Of a stretch of DNA of 64,000 nt, positions 27,172-40,124 are shown piece by piece. How positions within the stretch are numbered: position 1 is the stretch's first letter; each line of letters begins with the position of its first letter. Source of the stretch: Dicyema japonicum (Eukaryota > Animalia > Dicyemida); the NCBI GenBank assembly GCA_011109175.1, contig RDEW01000008.1, positions 1,431,447 to 1,495,446 of the forward strand. The letters are read 5' to 3'. A program made the translations under genes and the position numbers. The notes below the pieces were generated by a model. It was not told the origin of the DNA. It made no database searches and saw only the letters and a program-made list of their open reading frames with translations.

Positions 27172-27316
27172 CTCGTTAGACTATGTCAAGATTTTTGACA
27201 GGTAACATAATAGGTAGATTAGCAGATGGAGACGGCTGAGGAACACGAGTGACCGATCATAGTTGTCTAAAACTAACTTATAACTATTAGACATTTACAT
27301 TTCATAGTCTAACGAG
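27172..27316. mobile_element. 145-bp mariner-type MITE
   Basis: TA|CTCGTTAGACTATG...CATAGTCTAACGAG|TA: perfect 14-bp TIRs with TA on both sides. Confidence 0.75.
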
Positions 27317-27529
27317 TATGTTAACTATTTAGATATTTACGTTTCCATTCTGAATTATTAGTAGGGCAAGTTGTTTCTAGCACTTAAAAAAATTTTTTTA
27401 GCGCTAAAAAATCACAAAATCTAGCAATTATAATTAAAAAAGTTAGCACTTAAAATGATAAAATCTAGCATTTAAATTTGTCAAATCTATAACTTAAAAT
27501 AATAAAATATAACGTTTAAATTTTGTTTG

Positions 27530-27990
27530 GAAGAATGAAATTGTCAGGCGAGCTATGGATGCTGCTGGATACTCGGCCATTCTTGAACCGGTCGGGTTAT
27601 GCAGAAGTGACGGGAAACGACCGGACGGGATGACCATATTTCCATTTGAGGCCGGGAAACCACTGGTTTGGGATGTGACATGTACAGACACGTTCGCCCA
27701 GAAAAATCTTCACGAGAGTGCTACAAGGGCCTGTTCAGCATCCGTAAAGGCGGAGAAGGCCAAACTTGTTAATTACGTCGACCTTCCCGATGATGTCAAA
27801 TTTGTTCCCCTTGCTATGGAGACTTCCGGATCCTACTCCCCCTCTACACTCGAGTTTCTCGGACGTCTTGGAAACCGGATCACCTCATGCACTGGAGATC
27901 TCCGTGAACGCCGCTGGCTATTTGAGCGAATTTCGCTCGCAATTTTGAGAGGGAACAGGCACGCGGTGAGGGCGGCAACTACCTGACTTC
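27530..27990 (+). mobile_element. CRE-like retrotransposon 3' fragment (open REL domain, relatively young)
   Basis: 143-aa ORF: LEPVGLCRSDGKRPDG...LVWDVTCTDT...FVPLAMETSG...ERISLAILRGN. Confidence 0.9.
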
Positions 27991-28856
27991 TATTGTTTAA
28001 ATTTAAAATTATTGAAAATTTAATTTAAAGCAAATAAATTAAATTAATTAACGTAAACTTATTTTTTGTGCCAGTTATATGATTGGTCACATTTGAATAA
28101 GTCATCTATGGAGGTAATAATAATAATCTCACTCATTTCTTATCCAACGGTCTGTCCTCGTAATAACCACATGACAGAATTCAGTGTTGTTTGGAAGAAG
28201 AGACGAACTCTTTCAGGCATATTAATACCTACTAAATTTGAAAATAGTTATCAAACAAAAGAATCTCCCTTCAAAGGCTGTGAGCAATTATCGTTATGAA
28301 AATAATCAAAGGAATCTATTCAATGTCTCATTTACTAGTAATCTCTCATTTTCTAAGTATTTCGGCGTAATCGTATCTTATGTAATATTTTGAAGTTAAA
28401 ATTCTACATGGAATCCAATCAGTGATATATTTATTCCTCCAACGATCCTAAAACTGCATGCTAACATCGGTTCTGACCATCTACCTATAACACGGTACTC
28501 ATACGATCTGAAATTGTGACATCAATAAGACTTAGATATCCCTTAGAATCTCTTCTATAGTAATTGTTCCTACCAGGTAAGTCTCATCCAACTAACATAA
28601 TTAAAATCCAACAATTCAGTCCTCTTCAAGCTTAGTCTCCCAGTTATTTTCTATCTTTCCCTTTGAAGCCGGGATGCCTCTTGTCTGAGAAGTCATCTGC
28701 ACCGACACATACATCGCTTGTAATCTACATCAGAATGCCTCTGGAACCTTTTCTGCCATTGAGAAAGCCGAGAAGTCAAAACGGACAGAGTACGCCATTG
28801 AAACATCTGAAATTTTGGCCGCGGCCGATTGTCAAGTCATCTGTTAAAAAATCCAT

Positions 28857-29500
28857 AATAATAACACCAGAAACCGCGGTTACACAAAGTAATCACGTGA
28901 TCCCAGCACACTCTAGCAGGGACCTCATCTTGGCCCGATGCTCTTCTTTCGACCCCACACAAACACGTATCGGTCGAATGAATCATCATTCGCGCACATC
29001 ATGGCTTCAAGATGCATTGGTGGGTGGAACTGTCCAGATATCCAGCGTTCCGTGATTTTGGAAACTCTTATTAAGCTAGCCTCAAAGTTCAAGACATTTG
29101 TCCAAGAGATGAATGGGCCCCAGATACCACATTAGTTATTTTATTTATTTAACAGCCCAAGACCACGGTAAAACCAAACTAATTATCATGTGATCCCGAT
29201 GCATTCTATCAGCGACCTCATCTTTACCCGGTGTTCTTTCCTCGAACGTAGAAGACAGCAGACTGAATTTTAAGGGCCACATTCCCGTGATCTGGAATCT
29301 AGTCTCATAAGGGCCTCTAGAAGCATAGGTCCGGTTCGGTGATCTTCACAAATCCAACACTCCTTTACAATGTAAGCACTCTTTTGCATTTCCTCATATT
29401 CTTCCAAGATATGGACGGTCCCCACGAGGCGCATGCATATGAGAAACATGGCTCGATGTACTGTTTGTACATGTTCATCAGGACGAATGAGTACCACTAA
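28857..29500 (-). mobile_element. Two tandem 5'-truncated LINE 3' ends
   Basis: They end SKEEHRAKMRSLLECAGIT* (stop near 28893) and RKEHRVKMRSLIECIGIT* (stop near 29186), each with a short UTR and an AT-rich tail. Confidence 0.8.
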
Positions 29501-30249
29501 TCCATATTTCCGATTAAATACGTTCGACTTTTAAATACATTCGACATTTTTTTGGCAGAATTAAAGTGGCTTAAATAATAAACAAATAAAATTATTCATA
29601 AAATAATAAATAAATTTAACAAGATTTTACATCAATTTTAAAATAGCTCCTTTTTTCACTCTGACGTTGGACAACACTTATTATTTCGAGAATTGACTTA
29701 TATTAAACCCGCAAATATAATCATCCGAGTATGTTCTGAACACCCATAAACTGTGGTTGGTAGAGACAAAATCATTGGCTTTGCATTTGTTATTAACTAT
29801 CTCACCTCCGAAGTATTCATTTTCTATACCTTAGTGAATTATCGACATACCAATGACTGGGGATCTAACCACTACCGACTAGGTAAGAAAGAGGTTAAAC
29901 CACGTACGAAATCTTAAACACAGATCAACTGGTCTTAGATATCATCGTCGTAGCACAAGCTACTTGTATCTAACCAAGGTTTGACAACACGTAAAATCAA
30001 GTCCTACTTTTAGATGCGAAAATTAAAAAAACTGCTATTTTTTAATAAAATTTGCTATTTTCCGGTTGTACTTGTGNTCCTATATTCGGTGGATGAAATG
30101 AGGAAATCAGATATTTTTGCAGTGGCACCTATAATAATAAAAAATAATAAACTTGTAAGTTTGAAATATTTCTTTGAGGAAAGTTCAATAAAATGCTGTT
30201 GTTAGAATATTCGCCAGGATATTTTCTAGTCATAATAATTTTTTATTAC

Positions 30250-31350
30250 ACCTATCGTACGGGACGGAGTCATCCGTAGTGTATAAAACGAAATAGTTCA
30301 TTCCCGCACAAGAGTCGACCAGGAGGACCCTCTTAGGGTCCTTGCTTTTGCTTTGATGATTGATAGTATGGTGCGTAACATAAACTGCTAATTCAATCTG
30401 TTATATTTGAATGATCCCACAATAGCTGGACCATGGGAGAATGTGGAGTCAATAAGATGAGCTAGGATGGACAATTTGCAGACTGCTTGTGAGAACAGGC
30501 AGCATTGGGCTAAAGTCCCTCATAGAGGCTGCCCTTTCTGTGCTTACCTTTCATCGGTTGTGAACAGTTGTCGCTTGGTCCAAGGGATCTTACGTAACGC
30601 AACTTGAAATGGGCTTGGTGTTCCTCGAACGATATTGCTACACAAGGAAGTTGGAATTCTATTACAAGTGCAAGGACGCTCTAAGGTGCGATTAAAAAAG
30701 CTAACCAATACCGACTTGCTTGTATCATATCTGCTGCGCAACGTAGAAATGGGGCCTGGCTTGAACCATAACATGCTCGTCTCTCGGAACACTTATTGAC
30801 GAAAATTACCTGAGGATCGGAGTGGTGCTGCGATTCGGATTGGAAGTATGCCAACGACATATATTCCAATGTGGAGGGAACGTCTACACAAAGGGCTGTC
30901 TTGCTAACGCCCACGCCAAACAGCTCTCAGTGACGTTGCTCAATGAGCCCTCAAAGTCGCGGGGTTTTGGGCACAGCTGGAACCCTTAGACTTGGACAGA
31001 GTTGATGGGAAGATTCCAAATTAGATGTTATTATTTCCATATTAAGACGCCACATGAGTGGACAACTTTTCTAGGACCAAGTCTCCGACGTCGGCTCACT
31101 CGTCTGGAGACATGGCAGAGTATGGGAAAATCCGGAAATATGAATCACTCCATGAAAATTATCATTTCGTGCCTATAACATAGGAAACTTCCGGAGCCAC
31201 GCGAAAGATGATGGGCGCCTTTTCCTCTAAGATTGGATAAAAGATCTTTTTTAAGAGAAGCAAACACTACGAAGGACTTTGGGTCAGACAGAGATTCGAA
31301 ATTGCAGTAATCAGATAGAACGCTCACGCGATCCTGGCTTATTAGTTAAA
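30250..31350 (+). mobile_element. Decayed CRE-like retrotransposon (RT and REL remnants)
   Basis: VDQEDPL...LYLNDPTIAG (RT motif remnants), then QLEPLDLDRVDGK and WVRQRFEIAVI. Confidence 0.7.
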
Positions 31351-31369
31351 GGATTTTAATTTTTTTAAT

Positions 31370-31595
31370 TTAAAAAAACACAAAGAGCAATCAAAATGCT
31401 CCTCGTCGACATAATCGACGTTGAGTTGCCTCTCGTGATAGCAACAAAGATCAACTGGAGAAGCCACCGACTCTCACGTACGTCATGGCTTTTTAGTGTA
31501 GTTAGGCGTCCAAGTTTATTTAGTAAGCGAAGCGATTTCCCGCTTATTCCTTCTTTTGTCTCAACAACGATAGGGTAGAACGTGCAGCGCTCCGT
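31370..31595 (-). mobile_element. CRE-like retrotransposon 3' end
   Basis: FYPIVVETKEG...ESRWLLQLIFVAITRGNSTSIM. Confidence 0.85.
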
Positions 31596-31686
31596 AAAGA
31601 TTTTAATTATAATAATTTGGTAGTTATTTAACAAATAAATATTTGTATTTATAAAATAAAATCATGTGGACTTAGTGGTCATTAAA

Positions 31687-33054
31687 ATGAGAATATCAAA
31701 ATTATTTTTTAATACGAGTAAATTTTCCAAATCAAAATAAAATAGACATAATCAAATTAAATGCCGGCAGATTCATTGGTGGAACAAGGACTTACTTGTC
31801 AAAGGATTACTACAAAATATTGGGACTAAACAAAGATGCCTCCAACAAGGAAATAAAGGAGAAATATTACAAAGTATCTAATTAGAGAGACCCAGATGGC
31901 CAAACAATATCATCCTGACGCTAATAAGGACTCCCAGTCAGCAGAAATGTTCAAAGACATTGCAGAGGCGTATCAAGTTTTGGGAGACTCTGAAAAGAGG
32001 AAAGAATACGACGAAATGGGAACTTTCAAACGAACTACAGGGTCATCAACGTCGTATAGATCCCATGGTATTCCTCTTGTTTACCGCAGATTTTGAAAAT
32101 ATTGACCCTTTTGAGCTGTTCAGGATGTTTACTCAAGAATTCTCAACTTCCAACGATTTTACGTCTCAGTTCAGCCAAGAACAGGTTTCTCGGAGTATTG
32201 ACAAAAGATCAAACTGAGACTAACCTTTGAAGAGGCTGCTCGTGGAGCGAAGAGAGACATATCAGTGATGGTCCCGATGTTTGCAGAGTTTGTAATGGGA
32301 CTAAATATTCCGTGGGAAGTATTCCAATTAGATGTTCTCGTTGTAAGGGAACAGGATATGTAGCTTTTACTCTTATTCATAGGAGTCCAATATTACTGGA
32401 TCTTTTTTCATTCGTTTCACGTGCCCAGCCTGTAATGGACTACGTTATCGGAACACTAATTACTGTAAGGAATGTTCCGGTAAGGGAGTCACCCTTCAAA
32501 GTCAATCACTTAGCGTTACTATTCCTCCGGGAATATCAGACGGGGAGATTGCCAGAATACCTTCAAATAGTGGACAAACTGACATATTTGTTCGTTTTGA
32601 GGTAGCCATACCTTCCACTTTAAGGTCACTCCAAGTAAAATCTTTAAAAAAGATAATCTGGATATAATATCCACGTGCTCAATATCTCTAGCTCAGGCTG
32701 CTCTTGGAGGAAAAGTCAGAGTGCAAGGATTGTATCAGACTGAGGAAATAACGGTTATTATTATTATTATCTGATGTTAGATTCCCTCAGGATGTTCTTC
32801 ACATTCTACAATCAGAATCCAGAATAAAGGGATTCGATCCTCGAGCAACTCTAGATATGGAGACCATGTGGTTCAGATCAAGATAATCGCACCAAAGTAG
32901 TACTTTTTCACATCACATCAGGTCACTTTCTGATGACCAGAGGAAACTGATGGAGGAATATGCCTCTTTGGAAAACAGAGAAGGAAATGTTCAGTCTGTA
33001 AGTACTACCCCAGGACTGCTCACTCGCATTAAAAAAGCTATATTTGGTGATTAA
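31687..33054 (+). CDS. DNAJA3: Mitochondrial type-I DnaJ co-chaperone (Tid1/DNAJA3), 8 micro-introns
   Basis: Basic N-terminal presequence, [11 protein letters not shown] motif, G/F-rich DPFELF, CxxCxGxG zinc fingers, IPPGI and AALGG; introns of 28, 22, 22, 23, 23, 23, 27 and 25 nt; one 1-nt deletion near 32275. Confidence 0.9.
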
Positions 33055-33781
33055 AGTATGTGCTGTCAGCTAAAATACATATGTTTTCTTAGTAATTTGT
33101 ATCTTCTTGACTCTAGAGATTTTTTCTTAGTTGAAAACACCTATTAATTCACCAAGGATAGAAAATTTTCCTAGTTATGATCTGGCTGCCACCAGTTAAT
33201 TTTTAAACATTTTTTGTGGATTGTTGGCTACCAGTTAGTTTTATATATTGAATTAATGAAAAAGTCGATGGTTGCTACCTCTGTGAATTATATTCATAAA
33301 ACTTCTGGACTTTAGCCAAAATAACAAAGATAATACAAATCGAACGGCAATCAGTTTGGCATAGGATTATCCTGATGTAGAGCTTAATGGATTCAGCTTG
33401 AATTCATTTATTAAGTCGAACACGATCTGAGTTAGATAGGATACATCTTTTAAATTCTATTTTGTTCCCAAGAATAAAAAAATATTATATTAAAAAGCCA
33501 CATAAATCGCGATACATTTAACGGAACACAAACCAAGTCTGTTTTCATAAAAACTATAATTAGCTATCAATCATACTTATCAATTTCAAAATAGAAATTA
33601 TCAAGCTACACCAACTTAACCGCATAATTGACATTGCAAGAAAAATACATTAATGTAAAATGACCACGGTTTACTTAGTAATCGCTAATATTGTGTAGAA
33701 ACAGTAAGATAGGTTAAAATTTTAAATTCATATTAAAATGACGATGGTGATTAGATAGTCTGTTAGTATTCCGAACAGGAA

Positions 33782-34903
33782 TTAGTTAGTTTTGATTGAC
33801 TTTGGAGGTTGAGGTGGAGGAGGTCGAGGGAGGCGCGAAAATAGAGTTTGACTGAATCATAAATGAACCACTGGAGAGCAGTGAGTGTCCCAATCATGAC
33901 TATTCTCGGTCCAAGTCCTTTCCACATTCCAGCAAATCCAAGACTCTTAGTAATTCCTCCTAACGTTGCAGTTGAGTCCTGATTGAGCTTGGAGACAATC
34001 ACATCTGCTGGGTGGGAGACCACAGCACAGAAAATACCGGCTAAAGTAACAAACAAAACAAACCTATATATCCGGCTATAAAAGTGACCACCAACTGTTC
34101 AGATTTGGTGCAGTCTGACCGATTCTTGGGCCACACATATAACCAAAGGGCTTCCAACGTCCTTTCAAAGCAAGCAAATTTCATCATCGTGTAGGGGATC
34201 TGTCTACTCCACAACGGCACTATCCCCTTGTAAAGTCTAAGCTCAAATTGAGTCCCAACCCCGCGTATCCGTCTTGCTTGACAAATTGCCTGAATGCTGC
34301 ACCAAAGTTGTTTGGGTACCCAGGTTGAGTCTGCATCCTCACTTTTATGGCTTCGAATGGACAGAGACCAATGTCAGCGAAAAACTCGGCAGAAGCACTT
34401 GCGGCCAAATAAAGACTTGTTCGATAGTTGTAAGATGCTTCCTACGATGAAGACAGAAAGTAAACCTCTCCGATCATATTAGAGTACAAGACTTTGAAAA
34501 CCTCGTAGAATCCGAACTTTCCCAGACCCTGGATAGAATAGCCTAAAAGAGTCGGGGCCCATCCCAAAGAAAGTCCTCGAACTCCTCCCTCAGCCATAGT
34601 GATTGAGAATCCTTTAAAGAGACTGCCATACTTGGCGGGGTCGACCAAAATATATGAAGGAAACTTACTTGAATTCTGCATTTAACCAAATCCAATGGGA
34701 CAACAGCAGTGTGAGTGATTCCGCAGCTTAAAATCCCTCCAATTCCGCAAAGAAAATAGTACTTTGGAGAACCAAATTCGCAGCTTTTTTCTACAAATTA
34801 CACCTCCTCATCAGGAACCATCAACAGAAGATGCACTGTGTACTACAAATTTTCTACTTAGACTATTTGAGAAGCCATCGAGCAGTTGGCCGAATAAAGA
34901 CAT
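33782..34903 (-). CDS. SLC25A3: Mitochondrial phosphate carrier
   Basis: CEFGSPKYY...[99 protein letters not shown]; six 21-28 nt introns; small indel near 33835. Confidence 0.95.
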
Positions 34904-35339
34904 ACAAAGAGAGTTAACAACGTTGGTGATTTAAATAATAAATTTATAAATTAATTAAATGACATTTAAATAAATTTTATTTGTACGTTTTGTGGTACAC
35001 AACTGTATTTTCAGCAATTTTGTCTTATGAAAAAAATTGTTGTAGCTTAGAACTGCGCAATACAGTACTTCTAATCAATATTTAGGATAATTCGAACGAA
35101 ATTAGTTTTTATTGTTTAATTTAGCACTTATACGTTCCTTTAATACAAAGGTATGCTTAATATTCATAGCATAATCATCGCCGCAGAACCGGATTGTTTT
35201 CTGGAACTCACACACAAGCAAAAATAAAAGAACGATAAGTCAATAACATTTTCAATGTTCTGAATGAATTAATGCCTTGGATTAATTAGCATGACTGTTC
35301 TTTACTTTTTAAAAACAGTGTGAGTTCTGCCTAAGCTAA

Positions 35340-36800
35340 GTCGTCTGCTTGTGGGCCAGGGATTCCTGACGTCTCAACAGTAAAAGGGACAAATAAATTA
35401 TCTTCCGAAATACTTCTGTACTTCCTTCTTTTCTGATCCTCGGCTTGATTAGAAGCATGGCCTGGGTCCGAGACTGAAGCGGTCAAATTTTTCTGAAAAT
35501 ACGTATCAACACAAGTAGCGTCCCAAACCAGGTTCCAACCATGTGCGGTAATAGTAGCCTGGTAGTTAAAGTGTCACTTCTCATACAATGCATTCGTTTC
35601 CACCTACTGACTAGTTGGTCGAAGATTTCTCTTTTTTTCTTTGTTCTTTTTTTCTACTCGACTAGTGTCTCTGATTCACTTTCGGGTGCCCAGTCAAGGA
35701 TGACCTGAAAAAAAGCTCTTTTACTCTCTCCCACTTTATTGGATCACAATTAAGAACTTTTATAAATCAAAAGTCTGGATTTTTATACCCCTCCCGCTGG
35801 TTCTGGATGGAATTGCGCGTGATATTCGAAAGTTTCTGCCTCAGAGACCATTGGAACTGGATGCACTTTGAGCACCTGACACTTTTTCCCTTGCTCAAAG
35901 GTTATGATTTCTGATGTCTCCAAAATCTCTCATCTTCACCAGAAGAGGGAATACAAGGGCTTTCATTCATCATCAAGCAATTAGTTCTATAGAGGTACGT
36001 CACTACCCCCAGTCCCTTTAAGTGAAGGAACTTGTTGGTTAGCATAAAAGCAATAGTCAAAAGCTGACGCTCTCAAAGACATTAGAGTTTGTTTTCAAGC
36101 TAGAATAGTGGGTTTTTCTATTAATGCTGAGGAAACTTTTTTTATATCGTTCTTTTCTACTCTACTGGTTTTCAATACTGTAATGAATGGACGTTTTCTT
36201 TCTATTCTGTTGGTTTTGGATGAACATGCATGACATTGGAAGGACTGTATATTTATGTAACCATGGGAACTGGTAACTCTTGACTTTTTTGTGTCCATTG
36301 TAGAGTCATCAAGAAGTGATCTCAAGGATTTTAGTTATGTGAACCATCCCGTTTCTGAGCGAGTTCATTTATTAACAGAAAACTATTAGAAAGTGTGATA
36401 GCGTCTGAGGCACTGGTCCGCCCTATTGACCGTGCTACCTCGATTTTGGAGACCAAGGATTGGATTTCAACTTTTCTCTCCTCTAGTTGCACTTGGATGG
36501 ACTCTAATTGTGAAGGAGATTCTACCGTTGCAAGCCTTAAAAAATCTATTCAGTCGTTTGAGAATGGAAATCTTTTTTTCCTTTTCAAGAGTCCCTTATC
36601 ATGGAAACAAAAAGTTTTCTCTTCAGAATGCTGGTGCTGCCGAGCTAATTGATGAAAATGTCCTGTCAGCCGCTAGAACATTGTTTTCAATCGATGTTGT
36701 CTTTCCGGTCACTCCTCGTTGTTGTTTAGTTGGATTAAAGTAACCTGTTTGGGTGTCACCTTTCTTGTACCATAAATTGTTACTTGGAAATTTTCCAATG
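35340..36800 (-). mobile_element. Internally deleted CRE-like retrotransposon (N-terminal region joined to REL domain)
   Basis: 3' part reads LVWDATCVDTY...AEDQKRRKY...FVPFTVETSG; the upstream part is a decayed coding-like stretch whose assignment is inferred. Confidence 0.6.
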
Positions 36801-36929
36801 AATTCTTTATAGTTTTGATAATTTTTATTTTTAAACAGCGTTACTTTTTCGGGATTGTTTTTTCAGTAATTTAACTCATTAATAAAAAATAACACTTTTC
36901 TGAAAATGGCATCTTATGGCAAAAATTGC

Positions 36930-37320
36930 CATAATCATAACTAATTAATCCAATGGAAAACGTTTTTTGTGCCGACCAAATCCATCTACCAATAGACATT
37001 ACAGGCTTCCACTTCCGAAAATAGGTGGATAAATAAATCCACTCCTATCCATTTTCATCACACGTCCTACCGTCGCGGACGTCACTCTATTCTTATGCGG
37101 AAGAATTTTCATAATCGTAATCTTCACCAGTTGATTCTGCCAGGGAGGATATAGGATGATCCTTTTCAAAAACTGTGTTGTGCCAGAAGGACTGTCACCT
37201 CAAAGGTGGGATTGGTTAACGAGAACTGACCCCAACTGAAAAGTCAATGTTTCTGATTCGAACCCACGACAGTCAGATCCGATGTCTATAGACATATAAC
37301 TCAGTTTTCAAGCTAATCAG
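36930..37320 (-). mobile_element. SINE family B, copy 1 (tRNA-like head)
   Basis: B-box GGTTCGAATC on the minus strand near 37255-37265; about 300 bp homologous to 46040-46312 and 52512-52890. Confidence 0.8.
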
Positions 37321-37739
37321 ACCTGCATATGCCGTAATTAGACGTTATTAACTCTTGACCTCTTTCCGGCAAATGTGGAATTATTAAGTAAATAAATTGG
37401 TATGTTTTTTATTTAAAACGCCGGCATTCTATCGTCTTTAATTGAAATATGACAATTTTACGATTTCCATTTCGATAACTATACACAACCCCCTCAGGGA
37501 TTTCTTCGCCATAAAACCAGAAGTAAATATTCGCAATCTCTCCATTAATGAAATAATGAAATTACACGATTGAACAGAAAATTCAAAATATTACATGAAG
37601 TAACTTTTGCGATTTAAGTGGACGCCTTGTAACGACATGTTATGTTAAGAAAGCAATAAAAAGTTGAAAGTTTAAATAAAAAAAACTATATGATTATGAA
37701 ATATAACAAATAGTTAACATTTTTTGTTTTAATAATATG

Positions 37740-37870
37740 AGAGAAGACGGGTGCATTTCTCTCCAGTATCGGAAGAGGGCTTGTCTGAGCGAAGGACTTT
37801 GGTTGAGGCAGAGAATCGAAATGGCGGTGATCAATAGGAACGGTTTCGCAATCCTGTCCTCTTAACTAAA
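37740..37870 (+). mobile_element. CRE-like extreme 3' end
   Basis: EGLWLRQRIEMAVINRNGFAILSS*, similar to 31250-31345. Confidence 0.6.
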
Positions 37871-38730
37871 AATTTTTACTTGTTTTCTTTTTCAAAAAAA
37901 ATTAATGTTTTTTTTAAATTAAAAATTTTTAAGTGTATAATTTTTAAGTGCTATATTTTAAATTTTAACTACCATAAAAAATTGCCCAAGTTACTATAAA
38001 AATTGCCAAAAAGGACGCAAATATTTAGCTCTAATTTGCTTGGCCCATTCACGTCTAAGTTTATCAGGTTAATCGGACGACTTACAGTACTGTGGAAAGG
38101 AGAGCCTAGAAAAACACCATGACTCTTCCAGAACATTGATGCGATCATGGGGGTAACTCCCATTGCATGTTCAAAGTCTGCAGTCAGTAATGAAAACCTC
38201 GCCATAATAACTGACTCCAGAGGAGTTCCCGTTGAACGCCCTTCCTTCAAGTCTGAGCATACTAATACTGCTGAGGAAAGCCGGGATCACCTGAATTTTT
38301 TCACTCTGGCTATGGGATTAAGGTCCCCGAGGATGAATTTATTTCTACTTTAAGCAAACTTGTGGAACATGTGATTATTATGAGAACACTACATTGGATG
38401 AGGGTAGAGGAGAGGTGACTGATTTGTATGAGGAAAGGGGGAATCAAAAATCACTCCATCCCTACTCCACAGGAATTCCAACAGCTGCATAGATGGAGGT
38501 GATGTTCGGTAAGGAAGGGTGGATATACTTTAATTTGATGTTAATTAGCTCTTAACCTATTTCTGTCTTATCCGAGGGTTTTTAAATAAATCATGTTCCC
38601 ACCGTCTTCAAACATAGAAAAATCTCTCCACGTAAAAAAGAGCTAAATAAAGCGATACTAATTTCCAATGAAGGCTACATATTACTGATTTAAAAAAAGC
38701 ACAATCGTAATTTATAGAAAAAAACAAAAA

Positions 38731-39450
38731 TATGTTTGTTTTATCATGATAATAAAATTAGGGATGAGATAACTCCAACTTACGTCATTGATTACGGCGT
38801 CATTGATTTTACTGGTACTTTAAGACAATCATTTAGATGACTGGAGACCAATTTTAGTAAGTAGAGAAGCCACCACAGCATTAGTTAATTGTAAGGTAAT
38901 TCCTTACTCGTTAGATATCACATTAAATAGGACTTGGGATATTCAAACAGAACCATTTTTTAAAGCCACAACAAATTTGTATTCATTTATTTAAATTTAG
39001 TCCTAAAGTTAATTATTTTACAAAACAGTCCACAAAACCCCCACCTTTACGCCATTTGATACAAATCATTGGAATAATAGGTATTTATGGGAGAGTAAAG
39101 TGTAAGGGATTCTAGTTTTAGTTTTAACCCCCATTGTATTGGGTTTCCGTAAAAGTACAATACATCCATCGTCGTATATTGAATCTAAAGAATTTGGTCT
39201 TAAAGGGGAACTCAAAATGACAAACTCTTTATCAAATGGATGGATTCAATGTCGTGGACCTGGGAAAGACTTTCCGTTTTATTATGGATCTTACGGAGAG
39301 GATATTGGGATGTTTGGGGACGGATTTTATATTCTAAAAATTGAAGAAGATGGGGAAATTGATTATAATTTATATTTGATTTATCGAGGACATGAACATG
39401 TGGACGAATATGTTATATTCAATCCTTCTGATTCGTTTCATATATCTTAA
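38731..39450 (+). CDS. Orphan multi-exon gene
   Basis: GT-AG micro-introns (e.g. about 38896-38914 and 38978-39000) and a 103-codon open terminal exon; no family recognised. Confidence 0.45.
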
Positions 39451-39530
39451 ATTGTTTTTTAATATAAAAATAATTTTGAATTTTAAAATAGTTTAAAAAA
39501 TTATTAACGTAAAAAAAAAGTTTTAAACTA

Positions 39531-40117
39531 ATGATATTCGAGTGGATTTCCCTCGCAGTTCCTGGGGGAGTAGTTACGCAATTGGGCTTCTCTAACACTA
39601 TTTTTTGTTTTTAAAACCAAAATGTTTTGAATTTAAAACACAAAGATATTCCAGTTGGTCCATCATTCTGGGAGTTGCTTAAGAATTGGGTTTTCCCGGA
39701 CGATGTTTTGATGACAGTTTTTTTCAAAGACAGTGGGTTACACCAATTTTGGGGCACACATTCTGTTTTGTTCTCCATATTGGAAGGACATTATATTGGG
39801 GGAAATGATAATTGGGGATAAAATCTAAATTAATTAAAGGATTATGGTTTTACTCCCAGTTTGACTATGAGGGGACACGATTTGAGTACTGAATGGTATA
39901 TGAATTACCTTAATGGAACACTAATATAGTCCGACCTAGGTCTGGGGGAATTTCGGTTTTGAAGAAAAATAACGTTAAAGCAGGCAAGGTTATCTTACAG
40001 ATTAGGGTAGTTTGTGGGGGAATTAAAGAAAGGAGTGGTACCTATCTCATTCAAATTGAAAGTTCTAGTGGCTTGAACTCTCCCCCTTCCGACCTACTAG
40101 TATATCTCCGTCATTGA
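39531..40117 (+). pseudogene. Orphan gene or pseudogene, possibly related to the preceding gene
   Basis: Coding-like stretch (HKDIPVGPSFWELLKNW...; SGTYLIQIESS...LLVYLRH*) with stops and shifts. Confidence 0.3.
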
Positions 40118-40124
40118 AACTATC

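Noticed and set aside
31687-34903. Functional cluster of two mitochondrial genes
   Set aside because: Only two convergent genes; adjacency could easily be chance.
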